Positions 28,531 through 37,620 of a DNA stretch of 64,000 nt are shown here, one piece after another. The position numbers and the translations under genes are program-made. The stretch spans positions 39,777-103,776 of the forward strand of contig LYOS01000002.1 of NCBI GenBank assembly GCA_001766815.1. Reading direction: 5' to 3'. Position 1 is the stretch's first letter; every line of letters starts with the position of its first letter. The stretch is from Candidatus Syntropharchaeum caldarium (GTDB lineage Archaea; Halobacteriota; Syntropharchaeia; Syntropharchaeales; Syntropharchaeaceae). Under the pieces are notes generated by a model. The model was given only the letters and a program-made list of their open reading frames with translations, was not told where the DNA came from and made no database searches.

Positions 28531-29577
28531 ATGAATTCCAGAACGATTAGATTACTCACACTTCAGATCATCATCGTCTCACTTCTAATTCCAATAATAG
28601 CGGCAGCCCAGCCTGTAATTGAGATCAACTACTTCTATGGCAAAGACTGCCCACACTGCCAGGCTCTCAATCCCATAATCGATGAGATCGAAGCTGATCA
28701 TCCCAACCTGGTAATTCACCGCTATGAAGTCTATTATAATGACACAAACTACGAGATATTCGATGAGTTTCGAGATCGTTATGGGATAAAAGTCGGGGGT
28801 GTGCCGGTAATTTTCTTCAACGATACATACCTCTCAGGCGATATCACAAAAGAAGAGATTGAACGCGAGATCGCGCGGATAGAGGCAGGTGAAACGGACA
28901 AAACGCCTGAATCAAAGGTTTCAATCCCTTTTCTGATTATTTCAGGTATTGTAAATGGTCTGATCAACCTCTGCACATTCGCTGTCTTCATACTTCTTTT
29001 AACATCACTTCTCATCCTCAATGACCGGCGAAAGATAATTATAATCGGGATTACATTCATCATTGCAGTTTATCTGACCTATCTACTCGTTGGAGTCGGT
29101 CTGATAAACACATTCCTCTTTGCAGGCACAGAGCGGTATATAAGAAGTGCTGTAATCATCATAGCGCTTCTGGCAGGGGTTATAAACATAAGAGACTTTT
29201 TCACAGGCGAATCAACGCTTGCAATTCCCAAATTTGCAAAACCAGGGATCAAACGGATGATCGAGTACGCTTCACTCCCCACAGCAGGGGTGCTTGGTGT
29301 GTTTGCAACACTTGTCGGACTTCCCTGCACGGTTGGTGTCTATCTGCCAGTTCTGACTGCACTCTCTGCTGAGCCACCACTTCAGGCAATTCTCTACCTC
29401 CTGTTTTATAATATCATCTATATCTTACCATTATTTGGGATAATCGCACTCGTTTACTTTGGTACAGACCCTGAGGAACTCGATGAGATGAGAGAAAGTA
29501 AAAAAAGATATGTCAGACTCTTTGGAGGTATTGTGATACTTTCAATCGGAATATTGATGCTTATAGGGGTTATATAG
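28531..29577 (+). CDS. thiol:disulfide interchange protein: periplasm-facing DsbA-like thioredoxin domain (CPHC) fused to a CcdA/DsbD-type membrane domain
   Basis: Signal/anchor helix. Thioredoxin fold with YGKDCPHCQ. Polytopic C-terminal domain with the two conserved membrane Cys (LINLCTFAV; GLPCTVGVYLP) of the CcdA family. Confidence 0.7.
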   Translation: MNSRTIRLLTLQIIIVSLLIPIIAAAQPVIEINYFYGKDCPHCQALNPIIDEIEADHPNLVIHRYEVYYNDTNYEIFDEFRDRYGIKVGGVPVIFFNDTYLSGDITKEEIEREIARIEAGETDKTPESKVSIPFLIISGIVNGLINLCTFAVFILLLTSLLILNDRRKIIIIGITFIIAVYLTYLLVGVGLINTFLFAGTERYIRSAVIIIALLAGVINIRDFFTGESTLAIPKFAKPGIKRMIEYASLPTAGVLGVFATLVGLPCTVGVYLPVLTALSAEPPLQAILYLLFYNIIYILPLFGIIALVYFGTDPEELDEMRESKKRYVRLFGGIVILSIGILMLIGVI

Positions 29578-29850
29578 GATGGAAAAATGATCTTCGATTT
29601 TCACATGGAAACCTTTAGAAGAGAGGTTTTTGAAAGTGAAGAGATTATGGAAACTTTTGTTGCAGAAGGGGTAGTGTAATGAAGTTCCCAAAAGATGCAT
29701 AGGCGAAAGGTCATAAAAATGGGACTAAAACTCCTTTAACCATGCCTAACCATGATAGGATAAAAGGTTCGAGACTGAGAGTTATTTGCAGGCAATCAGG
29801 TATAAAGTGGGAGGAGTTTTTAAAAGCTTATGAAGAAACATGAGCAACTT

Positions 29851-29970
29851 CGCATAACAGCGTGTATCTGGCTCCGTGCCTTAGGCACTCCGCTCAAATT
29901 CCACCTGCGGGAACTTCGGATACACTCGGAACGTTATATGAAATTGAAAAGGGGGCTTTGGCTTTTTTAG
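29851..29970. repeat. copy A of a short non-coding repeat family (about 95-120 nt)
   Basis: cgcataacagcgtgtatctggct...gtgccttaggcac hairpin...caaattccacctgcgggaacttcggatac...cgttatatgaaatt, followed by ggctttggcttttttag. Shares its 5' and 3' ends with copy B and an internal block with copy C. Confidence 0.5.
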
Positions 29971-30045
29971 TGGTTGATGTTTGGCTTATTGCTTATAGCA
30001 AGTATTTTATAGCAATTGCTACACAATGTATAGCAGGCGATATAG

Positions 30046-30345
30046 ATGACAACACAGATAAATGTCAAGTTAGAAGAACAGTTGCTTAGAGAAGTTGATG
30101 CTTTAACTAAAGTATTGCACATTTCCCGAAGCGAATGGCTCAGGAATAAAATCGCGTACGCTGTGAAAGAAGAAGCACTTCATCTTAGAGAAGCTATTGT
30201 GATGGAATATGCAAGAGGGCATATCACTGAGGAAGAACTTGAGGAGTTGTTAGGTGCTGATGCAGAGGATGTTGAATATATTTTAAGGAAGGTCCAGGAG
30301 GGGAAGGGCAGGGTTGATGAGATGTTGAAGAAGTGTAACATATGA
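30046..30345 (+). CDS. ribbon-helix-helix (CopG/VapB-like) antitoxin
   Basis: N-terminal RHH signature (INVKLEEQLLREVDALTKVLHISRSEWLRNKI). 99 aa. Overlaps the downstream PIN gene by 4 nt. Confidence 0.6.
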   Translation: MTTQINVKLEEQLLREVDALTKVLHISRSEWLRNKIAYAVKEEALHLREAIVMEYARGHITEEELEELLGADAEDVEYILRKVQEGKGRVDEMLKKCNI

Positions 30346-30809
30346 AGGTGACCTTTGGATTCGATACATCTGCTTTGGTATCATTAGGACATACAGGTTT
30401 AGTAGAGGAGATAGTTAATACATGTAACATCGTTGTCACGGAAAGTATCTTGGATGAATTATACGACATAGGGAATTGGGGTGACCTAGATGCTAAATCA
30501 GCCAAAATGTGGTTAAAATGCTTAGGAGATTTAGATGTAAGATATTCTGAAAGACGAGAAAACGCAGAAGACGAGTTATTTATCATTTGCAACCAGGAAG
30601 GTATACCTATAGTGATTGATGACATTAAAGCATTTAAGAGGTTTGATGGCCTGATTGAGTGCTTATTCAGCGTTCATATAGTGTATTTCTTATACAAGAG
30701 CAACAAGATTACTCGGGAGAGTGCCTTGCTTTCTATTGAAAAGATGAGGGTAGAAAGAGATTGGAAAAGAAACATAATAGCGCTTACTGGGTGGATACTC
30801 TTTGAGTAA
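30342..30809 (+). CDS. PIN-domain (VapC-like) toxin
   Basis: FGFDTSALV N-terminal Asp motif, further acidic residues (ESILDEL, DDIKAF). 155 aa. Translationally coupled to the RHH gene. Confidence 0.55.
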   Translation: MKVTFGFDTSALVSLGHTGLVEEIVNTCNIVVTESILDELYDIGNWGDLDAKSAKMWLKCLGDLDVRYSERRENAEDELFIICNQEGIPIVIDDIKAFKRFDGLIECLFSVHIVYFLYKSNKITRESALLSIEKMRVERDWKRNIIALTGWILFE

Positions 30810-30810
30810 T

Positions 30811-30945
30811 CATAACCCGCTCAAGCCAAAGCCATTTCCCCTTTCAACTCTGCGGAAACCTTCGGTTTCCTCGCCTTCGCTACGCTACGCCCAAATTGCC
30901 CTCGGGAACTTCTTTTATCCGCAATCCGTTATGCGCCATCGGCTT
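30811..30945. repeat. copy C (diverged) of the short repeat family
   Basis: cataacccgctcaagccaaagcc... (contains the reverse complement of ggctttggctt) ...cccaaattgccctcgggaacttc...ccgttatgcg. Compare with the copy A block caaattccacctgcgggaacttcgga. Confidence 0.4.
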
Positions 30946-31001
30946 TAGAGGCCCAAGGCAAAAGTATTTTTATGTTGGGTAATCAAAGAGGTGATTGAGA
31001 G

Positions 31002-31370
31002 ATGTCGAATATCATCGAGTGGTATATAGCGGTCATAGTTGCTTTTCCTACCATCCTCATGCTTGCAGATGCGTATATTGGGTATAAAAAGGGTGGAAGT
31101 GCCCTTAAGGGAATATCCGGTTTTCGCAGAGCCATCATAGCTCTTACTGTAATTTTAATCCTTGGCATAGCCGTCTTTCACCTACTTGTCAATGATACTG
31201 ATTCTAACTCCAGAGCAGTGGTCAACAACATTCTGAGCATGCTTGCAGGACTCGTTTCTGCCATCGCTGGATTTTACTTCGGAGGTAGATTTACAGAAAA
31301 GAGAGCTGAAGATGCGGAGAGAAGGGCGAAAGGGGTTGAAGAAAGAGCAAGGAAAGCTGAGGAAGAGTAG
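31002..31370 (+). CDS. hypothetical membrane protein with charged C-terminal tail
   Basis: Three predicted TM helices and a C-terminal KRAEDAERRAKGVEERARKAEEE tail. No known motif. Confidence 0.4.
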   Translation: MSNIIEWYIAVIVAFPTILMLADAYIGYKKGGSALKGISGFRRAIIALTVILILGIAVFHLLVNDTDSNSRAVVNNILSMLAGLVSAIAGFYFGGRFTEKRAEDAERRAKGVEERARKAEEE

Positions 31371-31384
31371 AAATGTTTCGTTGA

Positions 31385-31452
31385 CGCGTATAACAGCGTC
31401 TATCTGGCTTTGGCTTACGCTTTCGGATACCCCGCCGCCCGTTATATGAAAT
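31385..31452. repeat. copy B of the short repeat family
   Basis: cgcgtataacagcgtctatctggctttggcttacgctttcggatac...cccgttatatgaaatgcg. Its ends match copy A (ataacagcgtNtatctggct ... cgttatatgaaat). Confidence 0.5.
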
Positions 31453-31491
31453 GCGAACGAGCCAAATGAAATGTTATTAAAGGTTTAAATC

Positions 31492-31683
31492 ATGAATATG
31501 AGAAAAAGTGAAATAATCGTCCTGGGGATAATTCTTTTCTCCTTCATCGTTGGTATTTATTTTTATCCTCAGATGCCAGAGCAGATGGCATCGCACTGGA
31601 ATGCTCAGGGACAGATGGATGGATATATGTCAAAATTCTGGGGATTGTTCCTGATGCCGCTGATCTCTGTGGCACTATTTTAA
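31492..31683 (+). pseudogene. truncated N-terminal fragment of a DUF1648/SdpI-like membrane protein
   Basis: 63-aa ORF (…IYFYPQMPEQMASHWNAQGQMDGYMSKFWGLF…) matches only the first roughly 60 residues of DUF1648-type proteins, which are normally about 150–200 aa. A stop follows, then the next gene. Confidence 0.4.
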
Positions 31684-31741
31684 TATCGTACTACCAAGAC
31701 TTAAATCTATCCTGAATTAACTAATTCCTCAGGAGAGAAGG

Positions 31742-32293
31742 ATGATTGCTGTTGTGATGGCAGGCGGTAAAGCTACAAGGCTTGGATGTGTGGAAAAACC
31801 AATGGTTAAGCTTGGAGGCATTCCACTTATAGACCATGTCATGCGCCCGCTCATTGAACTGGATATTGAGACCATTGTTGCTGTATCGAAGAATACACAG
31901 GATACGACCGTCTACTGTCAGCGATCAAATTATGAGGTCGTGATGACATCGGGAAATGATTACCACGAGGATCTATTCCATCTCACAGAACAGTTCGGTG
32001 CGATCCTTACGATTGTATCAGATATCCCTTTCCTGACTCCTGCTCACATCAAGGCGATTTTAAAGGCAGATCGAATGAGAGATTCTGTTGTTGGATGCAC
32101 GATGGTGCATGATGTGATCACGCCTTTTGGACTCAACATCGTTGATGGAACCACGGATCGCTATCTGCTTTTTGATGATTATTATGTCGGTATCAATATC
32201 AACTCACAGGAAGATCTTGATCTTGCAGAAAAGATTTCTGGAGAGGTAGATTACAACCGCACGGTTGGATCAAAGCTTCTTGAGAAGATTTAA
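31742..32293 (+). CDS. NTP-transferase domain protein (CobY/MobA-like nucleotidyltransferase)
   Basis: MIAVVMAGGKATRLG...EKP N-terminal nucleotidyltransferase motif. 183 aa, the size of archaeal CobY. Confidence 0.55.
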   Translation: MIAVVMAGGKATRLGCVEKPMVKLGGIPLIDHVMRPLIELDIETIVAVSKNTQDTTVYCQRSNYEVVMTSGNDYHEDLFHLTEQFGAILTIVSDIPFLTPAHIKAILKADRMRDSVVGCTMVHDVITPFGLNIVDGTTDRYLLFDDYYVGININSQEDLDLAEKISGEVDYNRTVGSKLLEKI

Positions 32294-32320
32294 AAAAGAA
32301 AAAATAGTCTGTTTCCAGAC

Positions 32321-33394
32321 CTATTTTAGCTGACCGTACTTCCTGGTTGCTGCAACCATTGCCTCGATGTTTTCATCAGGTGTCTTCACGAAGAAATCGC
32401 ATCCAGGAGAGACAACATCGATCTTTGCATTTTCGATGATATTTTTCACCCACGCATCGATCTTATCCGCACTATTCTTCTTCTTGAGAAGTGACATCGT
32501 TGGCAGGTTTCCAGCGAGCGCGACACCTGTTCCAGCAGAATCAACACTCTCCCGTGCCTTTACTGCATCGGTCTTCTCATCGATTACAATCATCTTTGCA
32601 CCAACCTCGGCACAATCTTTCATGATTGGCCCGGCTGTACCTGACATTGTAAGAATCTCCATTGGAGATTTTGCAAATATCTCGCTGATTGGTGCTTTGA
32701 ATAGATCAACAAAGTCCTTTGGTGAGACATTGTCACAGCAGGCACCGTCTTCCCTGTACACGACATAGTCTGCGCCTGCTTCCTTGTAGATCTTTCCGAG
32801 TTCGATCGGAAGATCCAGCACTGCATTATAGAACGCCTTCACCTTCTCTGGATCCGTCCTCACCAGCATCATGAACTGGATCGTATCAAGGACGTATCCG
32901 AGCAATGTCGTGAAAATTCCCATTGACCAGACAAATATTGGTACCTCACCATAGTACTTTTCATGGAGTATCTTGAGGGCCTCTGTGATCACAGGAACCC
33001 TTCCTGAATTTGCGATATCATCCGGGATTGTGAGATCAGAGGGCTCCTTAATCTCGACACCATCTTTTGTGAAGCCAGGTCGCAGAACACCTGGCCAGAG
33101 GATCTTACCCTTCTTGAGCTGTTTCTCCCTGAAGTCCACAGCCATACCAAGTATCTCTGCCTCGACTACCGCATCAAATGGCACAACCACACTTTCAAGC
33201 CCAAATTTCTCATAAGCCGCGGAACCGAGTATAGCCATCTTTTCAGGATCTTTGTGAGCTTCAGGCCATCCTGCATTGAATTCCTTCATCAGGTTCTCTG
33301 TGTATGTCCCAACTCCCGGGCAGGCGCAGGGTATCCGATCGATCTCCCCTTTCTTGCCTTCCAGGATCAACTTCATCCTCTCGTACGAATTCAT
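32321..33394 (-). CDS. uroporphyrinogen-decarboxylase-family methyltransferase (MtaA/CmuA-like methylcobamide:CoM methyltransferase homologue)
   Basis: 357 aa URO-D fold. N-terminal ERMKLILEGKKGEIDRIP and the overall architecture of MtaA/MtbA-type proteins. Confidence 0.75.
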   Translation of the reverse strand: MNSYERMKLILEGKKGEIDRIPCACPGVGTYTENLMKEFNAGWPEAHKDPEKMAILGSAAYEKFGLESVVVPFDAVVEAEILGMAVDFREKQLKKGKILWPGVLRPGFTKDGVEIKEPSDLTIPDDIANSGRVPVITEALKILHEKYYGEVPIFVWSMGIFTTLLGYVLDTIQFMMLVRTDPEKVKAFYNAVLDLPIELGKIYKEAGADYVVYREDGACCDNVSPKDFVDLFKAPISEIFAKSPMEILTMSGTAGPIMKDCAEVGAKMIVIDEKTDAVKARESVDSAGTGVALAGNLPTMSLLKKKNSADKIDAWVKNIIENAKIDVVSPGCDFFVKTPDENIEAMVAATRKYGQLK

Positions 33395-33513
33395 CCTATC
33401 ACACCTTCATCTCTTTGTTAAACCATGTATTTGATTCATAATCTTCTCTGTCGTTTATAAGGATTTGGGTTTGCATCGTTGAAGGCGTGATTAAAAGTAA
33501 ACTGGGTAAATAG

Positions 33514-34443
33514 TTACAAGAAAAAAAGATAAACGACGATCGCACACAGCAACAGCAACAGGAGAACTATCATCACATCCGTGCTCTTTATGATAAGCGT
33601 CTTCTTATCCTTTAATACACCATCGAACGGGGCAAGCTTCTCATGCAACCACAGCCTGCTCTTTTCTGTATCTGGGGGTCTAAACGCGGGTAAATTGAAG
33701 ACAAGAACACCTTTTTTGTGATATAGCGCCCATGAATAGTAAACCAGTACAAAGACCGCAAGACCTCCAAAAAGGATGCCGATCATCGCATTGAGGCTGA
33801 AGAGTGCATGGAGGAAGATCGCACCTATCGGAATAATGAGTATCGGGATCGCTACAAATATCCATGCGGCAGTCTCCTCAAATAGCTCAAACTCATTGGT
33901 GATGAATAGCCACCATACAAGATAAAAAATGAGTGTTACATAATGCGCCACACCTATAGGAAACTCAAGCACGTAGAGAAAGCCAGCCATCGTAAATATC
34001 GCAAGGAGCATTGTTTTTGTAGCAAACTTCGGCGTGACTCCAGGTGCAATTATCTCAGGTGATCTATTTACCTGCTCATCTATCAATGCTGCCACCTTGC
34101 GATTTACAAGATCAATCTCTTCTTTCATCTCATCGATCTCAACCCCAACCTCTGCAACTTTCCGCAGGACCGGCTCAAGCCGACGATAAATCCCCTTCTC
34201 AAAAGAGGCATCGATGACCTTTTCATAATAGAGAACCTTTCCAAATGTGCGAGTCGCAAATAATCCAACCTCAAAAGCAATGAAGATAAATATGATATCA
34301 AGAAGAATGCCCGTTGGGTTAAACTCCACAAAAAAATCGATGACAAATGAGTATAATGCGATGAAGAAAAGGATAATACTCGCTGTAAGTGAGCCTACCA
34401 GTCCAACTTTATCAGATAAGGATGTCTTACTCTTAACTTCCAT
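33514..34443 (-). CDS. hypothetical polytopic membrane protein with central coiled-coil
   Basis: 309 aa, 7 or more TM segments, a central soluble coiled-coil (EIDEMKEEIDLVNRKVAALIDEQ). No known motif. Confidence 0.45.
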   Translation of the reverse strand: MEVKSKTSLSDKVGLVGSLTASIILFFIALYSFVIDFFVEFNPTGILLDIIFIFIAFEVGLFATRTFGKVLYYEKVIDASFEKGIYRRLEPVLRKVAEVGVEIDEMKEEIDLVNRKVAALIDEQVNRSPEIIAPGVTPKFATKTMLLAIFTMAGFLYVLEFPIGVAHYVTLIFYLVWWLFITNEFELFEETAAWIFVAIPILIIPIGAIFLHALFSLNAMIGILFGGLAVFVLVYYSWALYHKKGVLVFNLPAFRPPDTEKSRLWLHEKLAPFDGVLKDKKTLIIKSTDVMIVLLLLLLCAIVVYLFFL

Positions 34444-34646
34444 GCCTGCATCACGTCTACTCTTTCATTTCCATCTATTTATATGAACCTTTCTATTTTT
34501 CAACTTCCCCCCTTCTTACCAGAACCCCACAGCAAAAACTGCTACGATCCAGGCAGAGCCTCCAAACCCTGGCGTTCTCTGCTGCTATAACTCATGAGAA
34601 CATCGAGATTAAAATAAAATTAAAAAAGAAGGGATTGACCCTTCAC

Positions 34647-35381
34647 TTATGGGTAGGTATAACTTTCCACATAGGCGTTTTCGTAGCCAGACTCTGTCAC
34701 GTTGTCACCGAGTGCCTGGAAGTTATCGACTGTCCACTCGCCATCCTCATCCTCTTCGGCATCGAAATCAAGGACAACATTCTTCGTCCATGAGATGTTG
34801 ACACCAACGCGGGTATGACATCCAATGCATGCCTCGTTCGAGTCGATCATAAGGTCATCATCGATCGCCTGCTGGATGAATGCGTTGTGTGCGGCCTTCG
34901 TCCCATTTCTGCCACCGGCATCATAGGAGTACTGGTAAGGATCGTTTGTCTCATCGCCGTTGTAATCACCAACACCATCTGGCTGATCGAATCCACCCGC
35001 GTGTGGGTAACCACCGAGCCCATCATTTCCATACTCATGGCAGATCATACATGCGATCGTCTCTGCTGCGTGCGAGGTCGTACCTGGGGTTGAACCTGAG
35101 GTATCACCTGATGCAACACCTGTTGGCTTCTGCACCTGTGAGGAGTTCACCCTGTGACAGTCACACCCAGGGGATGCAAGGCCTTTGTGCACACCATTAT
35201 CAGAATCGATCATCTCTGCGTTGATATCGCCATGACACTTCACACAGGGTAGCTGGTTTCCATCATCACTCAGGTTATACCAGCTGTGCTGTCCACTGAA
35301 GAGTGCTGCTGTCTGTGGGAGTGCGAATATTCCGATTGCTACGATTGCAACCAGTAGCAGTCCAGTTGTATTCCTTCTCAT
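34647..35381 (-). CDS. secreted multiheme c-type cytochrome (3 canonical CxxCH + one CxCH site)
   Basis: Signal peptide. CVKCH, CMICH, CIGCH, plus an atypical GCDCH. N-terminal 45 aa nearly identical to the 42871 cytochrome (IGIFALPQ[TS][AV][12 protein letters not shown]). Confidence 0.85.
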   Translation of the reverse strand: MRRNTTGLLLVAIVAIGIFALPQTAALFSGQHSWYNLSDDGNQLPCVKCHGDINAEMIDSDNGVHKGLASPGCDCHRVNSSQVQKPTGVASGDTSGSTPGTTSHAAETIACMICHEYGNDGLGGYPHAGGFDQPDGVGDYNGDETNDPYQYSYDAGGRNGTKAAHNAFIQQAIDDDLMIDSNEACIGCHTRVGVNISWTKNVVLDFDAEEDEDGEWTVDNFQALGDNVTESGYENAYVESYTYP

Positions 35382-35671
35382 CTATCTCACCTCCTTCTCA
35401 GTTGTTCAGATTTTGATTTCTGGGTTTCTCTCGTCTCCAGATTTTTTAGTTTTGAAAGAGGTGGTACGAGATTTTAAATTTTATCGCATCTCTTCCTCTT
35501 ACCTCTACGTCTATCTACTCGCGTATAGTTTATAAAAGAGATGGGTGTGATCATTTAGAAAAAAAGTTAATATTAATGATTAATACTCACTTTTGACCGA
35601 TTTTAATAAATATAACATAGTTATTTCATAATTGTAATAAAAAATCCCTAAGAGATAGTCCGGGACGAAAG

Positions 35672-36160
<489 letters not shown>

Positions 36161-36166
36161 TTAAAA

Positions 36167-37075
36167 CTATACTGTCTCAGATGAGAAATAGATCGTATCA
36201 CCTGTTTTCAGATCATTGAGAAGTTCACGGTTTTCTGTCACTGTGCCCACGATGTTACTTGCTTTGAAGTTCTCGCCTGTTGGCCCATATTTTTCACTTG
36301 GTTTGAGTCGTATGCCTATCGTCCCCGCACCTTCTTTTGCCATATTTGTCACACCAATTGTAAAGCTCTCCATCACATCAGGGGTATTCTCTGGCATTAT
36401 ACTCCGCTTATATCCTGCTCGTTCATCGAAGAGAACGAACGCACGGTATTTCTTCTTGACGCTCAGTTTTCCAACACCAGCCCTCATAAAGGTTGCATAT
36501 CTGAAGTAGTGAAGTGTCTGGTCTATATTTTCACATAGTTTTATCCTGAGGATCTTATCTGATGATATGCCGTATGTCCTGACCTCTCCTGTTTTAAGAA
36601 TGGATATCGTATAGACTGGGTTCTGTTCTACAATGATTGCGTCGTCCTCGATCGCGCCCTCCCGGATTTGATGGATTCCACGCGCACTGAGCATCCTGTA
36701 TGCCTCCTCCTGTTGCATTCCGATCGCCATTATTCGTGGTGGTTCAACAGAAAGCATAACCTCATCGGATGCCTTCAGCCCTTCCAGAACCTCTGTATTC
36801 TCCAGTATGCCCACAACATCGTGCGATCTTGAGGGTAAAACATTGCGTCGATAGATGTAAACATTACCAATGCCATTTCCCGTGTTTCTCACTGTTACAG
36901 TGTTACTTGAACGAAAACCTGTGGGATCGTCACCATTTCCATAGAAATCAGCCGACCCCACGATCTTTACGTACGTATCGTTAATCTCTTCTACCTTCAA
37001 AGTTCGATCTGCTACGACGTAGATATAGTCGCTTGCCTCATTCTCACTGATGACCTTCAATCGTATTTCTTTCAT
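36167..37075 (-). CDS. conserved hypothetical protein in the A2-like ATPase operon (possible methanogenesis-marker-type protein)
   Basis: 302 aa, soluble. 4-nt overlap with the upstream gene. No motif I can assign confidently. Confidence 0.45.
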   Translation of the reverse strand: MKEIRLKVISENEASDYIYVVADRTLKVEEINDTYVKIVGSADFYGNGDDPTGFRSSNTVTVRNTGNGIGNVYIYRRNVLPSRSHDVVGILENTEVLEGLKASDEVMLSVEPPRIMAIGMQQEEAYRMLSARGIHQIREGAIEDDAIIVEQNPVYTISILKTGEVRTYGISSDKILRIKLCENIDQTLHYFRYATFMRAGVGKLSVKKKYRAFVLFDERAGYKRSIMPENTPDVMESFTIGVTNMAKEGAGTIGIRLKPSEKYGPTGENFKASNIVGTVTENRELLNDLKTGDTIYFSSETV

Positions 37076-37617
37076 GTCTGCAGGCTCTGGAAGACCTGAT
37101 CAAGTCTTTGTGTACTCAGGACTTCCTCTGATGCTACCACCAGAAGTGCGTTCTTCTCTTTCTTTACATTCCATATCCTGAACCCCTCTGGCGCCAGTAA
37201 TTCAAGGAAGGTGATGATATCGTCGAGAAATTCTTCAGACGGCTCAAATATGACAGATTGCATGAAATCCTCCTCTATCTCGGTCTTTACCAAAATTTCA
37301 AGTCTATTTGGCTGTTCCACCATACTGCGTCCAAAGGCATCCCAGAGGTATCGAAGCAACGTTGGCGCGTATGTTTCATCCTTTATGCGAAATATCGTCT
37401 CTCCATCTTCACTTTCGCTCTCCGCTATATTTGCTATTGTAACAAATGATCCACGAGCTTCTTTATAGGCAAGACGAGCCGCAAAGACTCCTTCTTCGGG
37501 ATCAATCTCCATCTCTATCTTATCTATTTCTACTGGAAAGTCATGTGCTCTGATCTCTGCAACTCTGCGATAGGCATCAGCCCCCTTTGCATCCTGGGAT
37601 CTTACAATAATATCCAT
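37072..37617 (-). CDS. conserved hypothetical protein in the A2-like ATPase operon
   Basis: 181 aa, acidic, soluble. Immediately downstream of the tandem ABC ATPase. Confidence 0.45.
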   Translation of the reverse strand: MDIIVRSQDAKGADAYRRVAEIRAHDFPVEIDKIEMEIDPEEGVFAARLAYKEARGSFVTIANIAESESEDGETIFRIKDETYAPTLLRYLWDAFGRSMVEQPNRLEILVKTEIEEDFMQSVIFEPSEEFLDDIITFLELLAPEGFRIWNVKKEKNALLVVASEEVLSTQRLDQVFQSLQT

Positions 37618-37620
37618 CTT

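Noticed and set aside
29862-30089. 75-aa ORF covering repeat copy A
   Set aside because: It coincides with the conserved non-coding repeat, whose other copies are not in ORFs. It is more likely an RNA/repeat element than coding.
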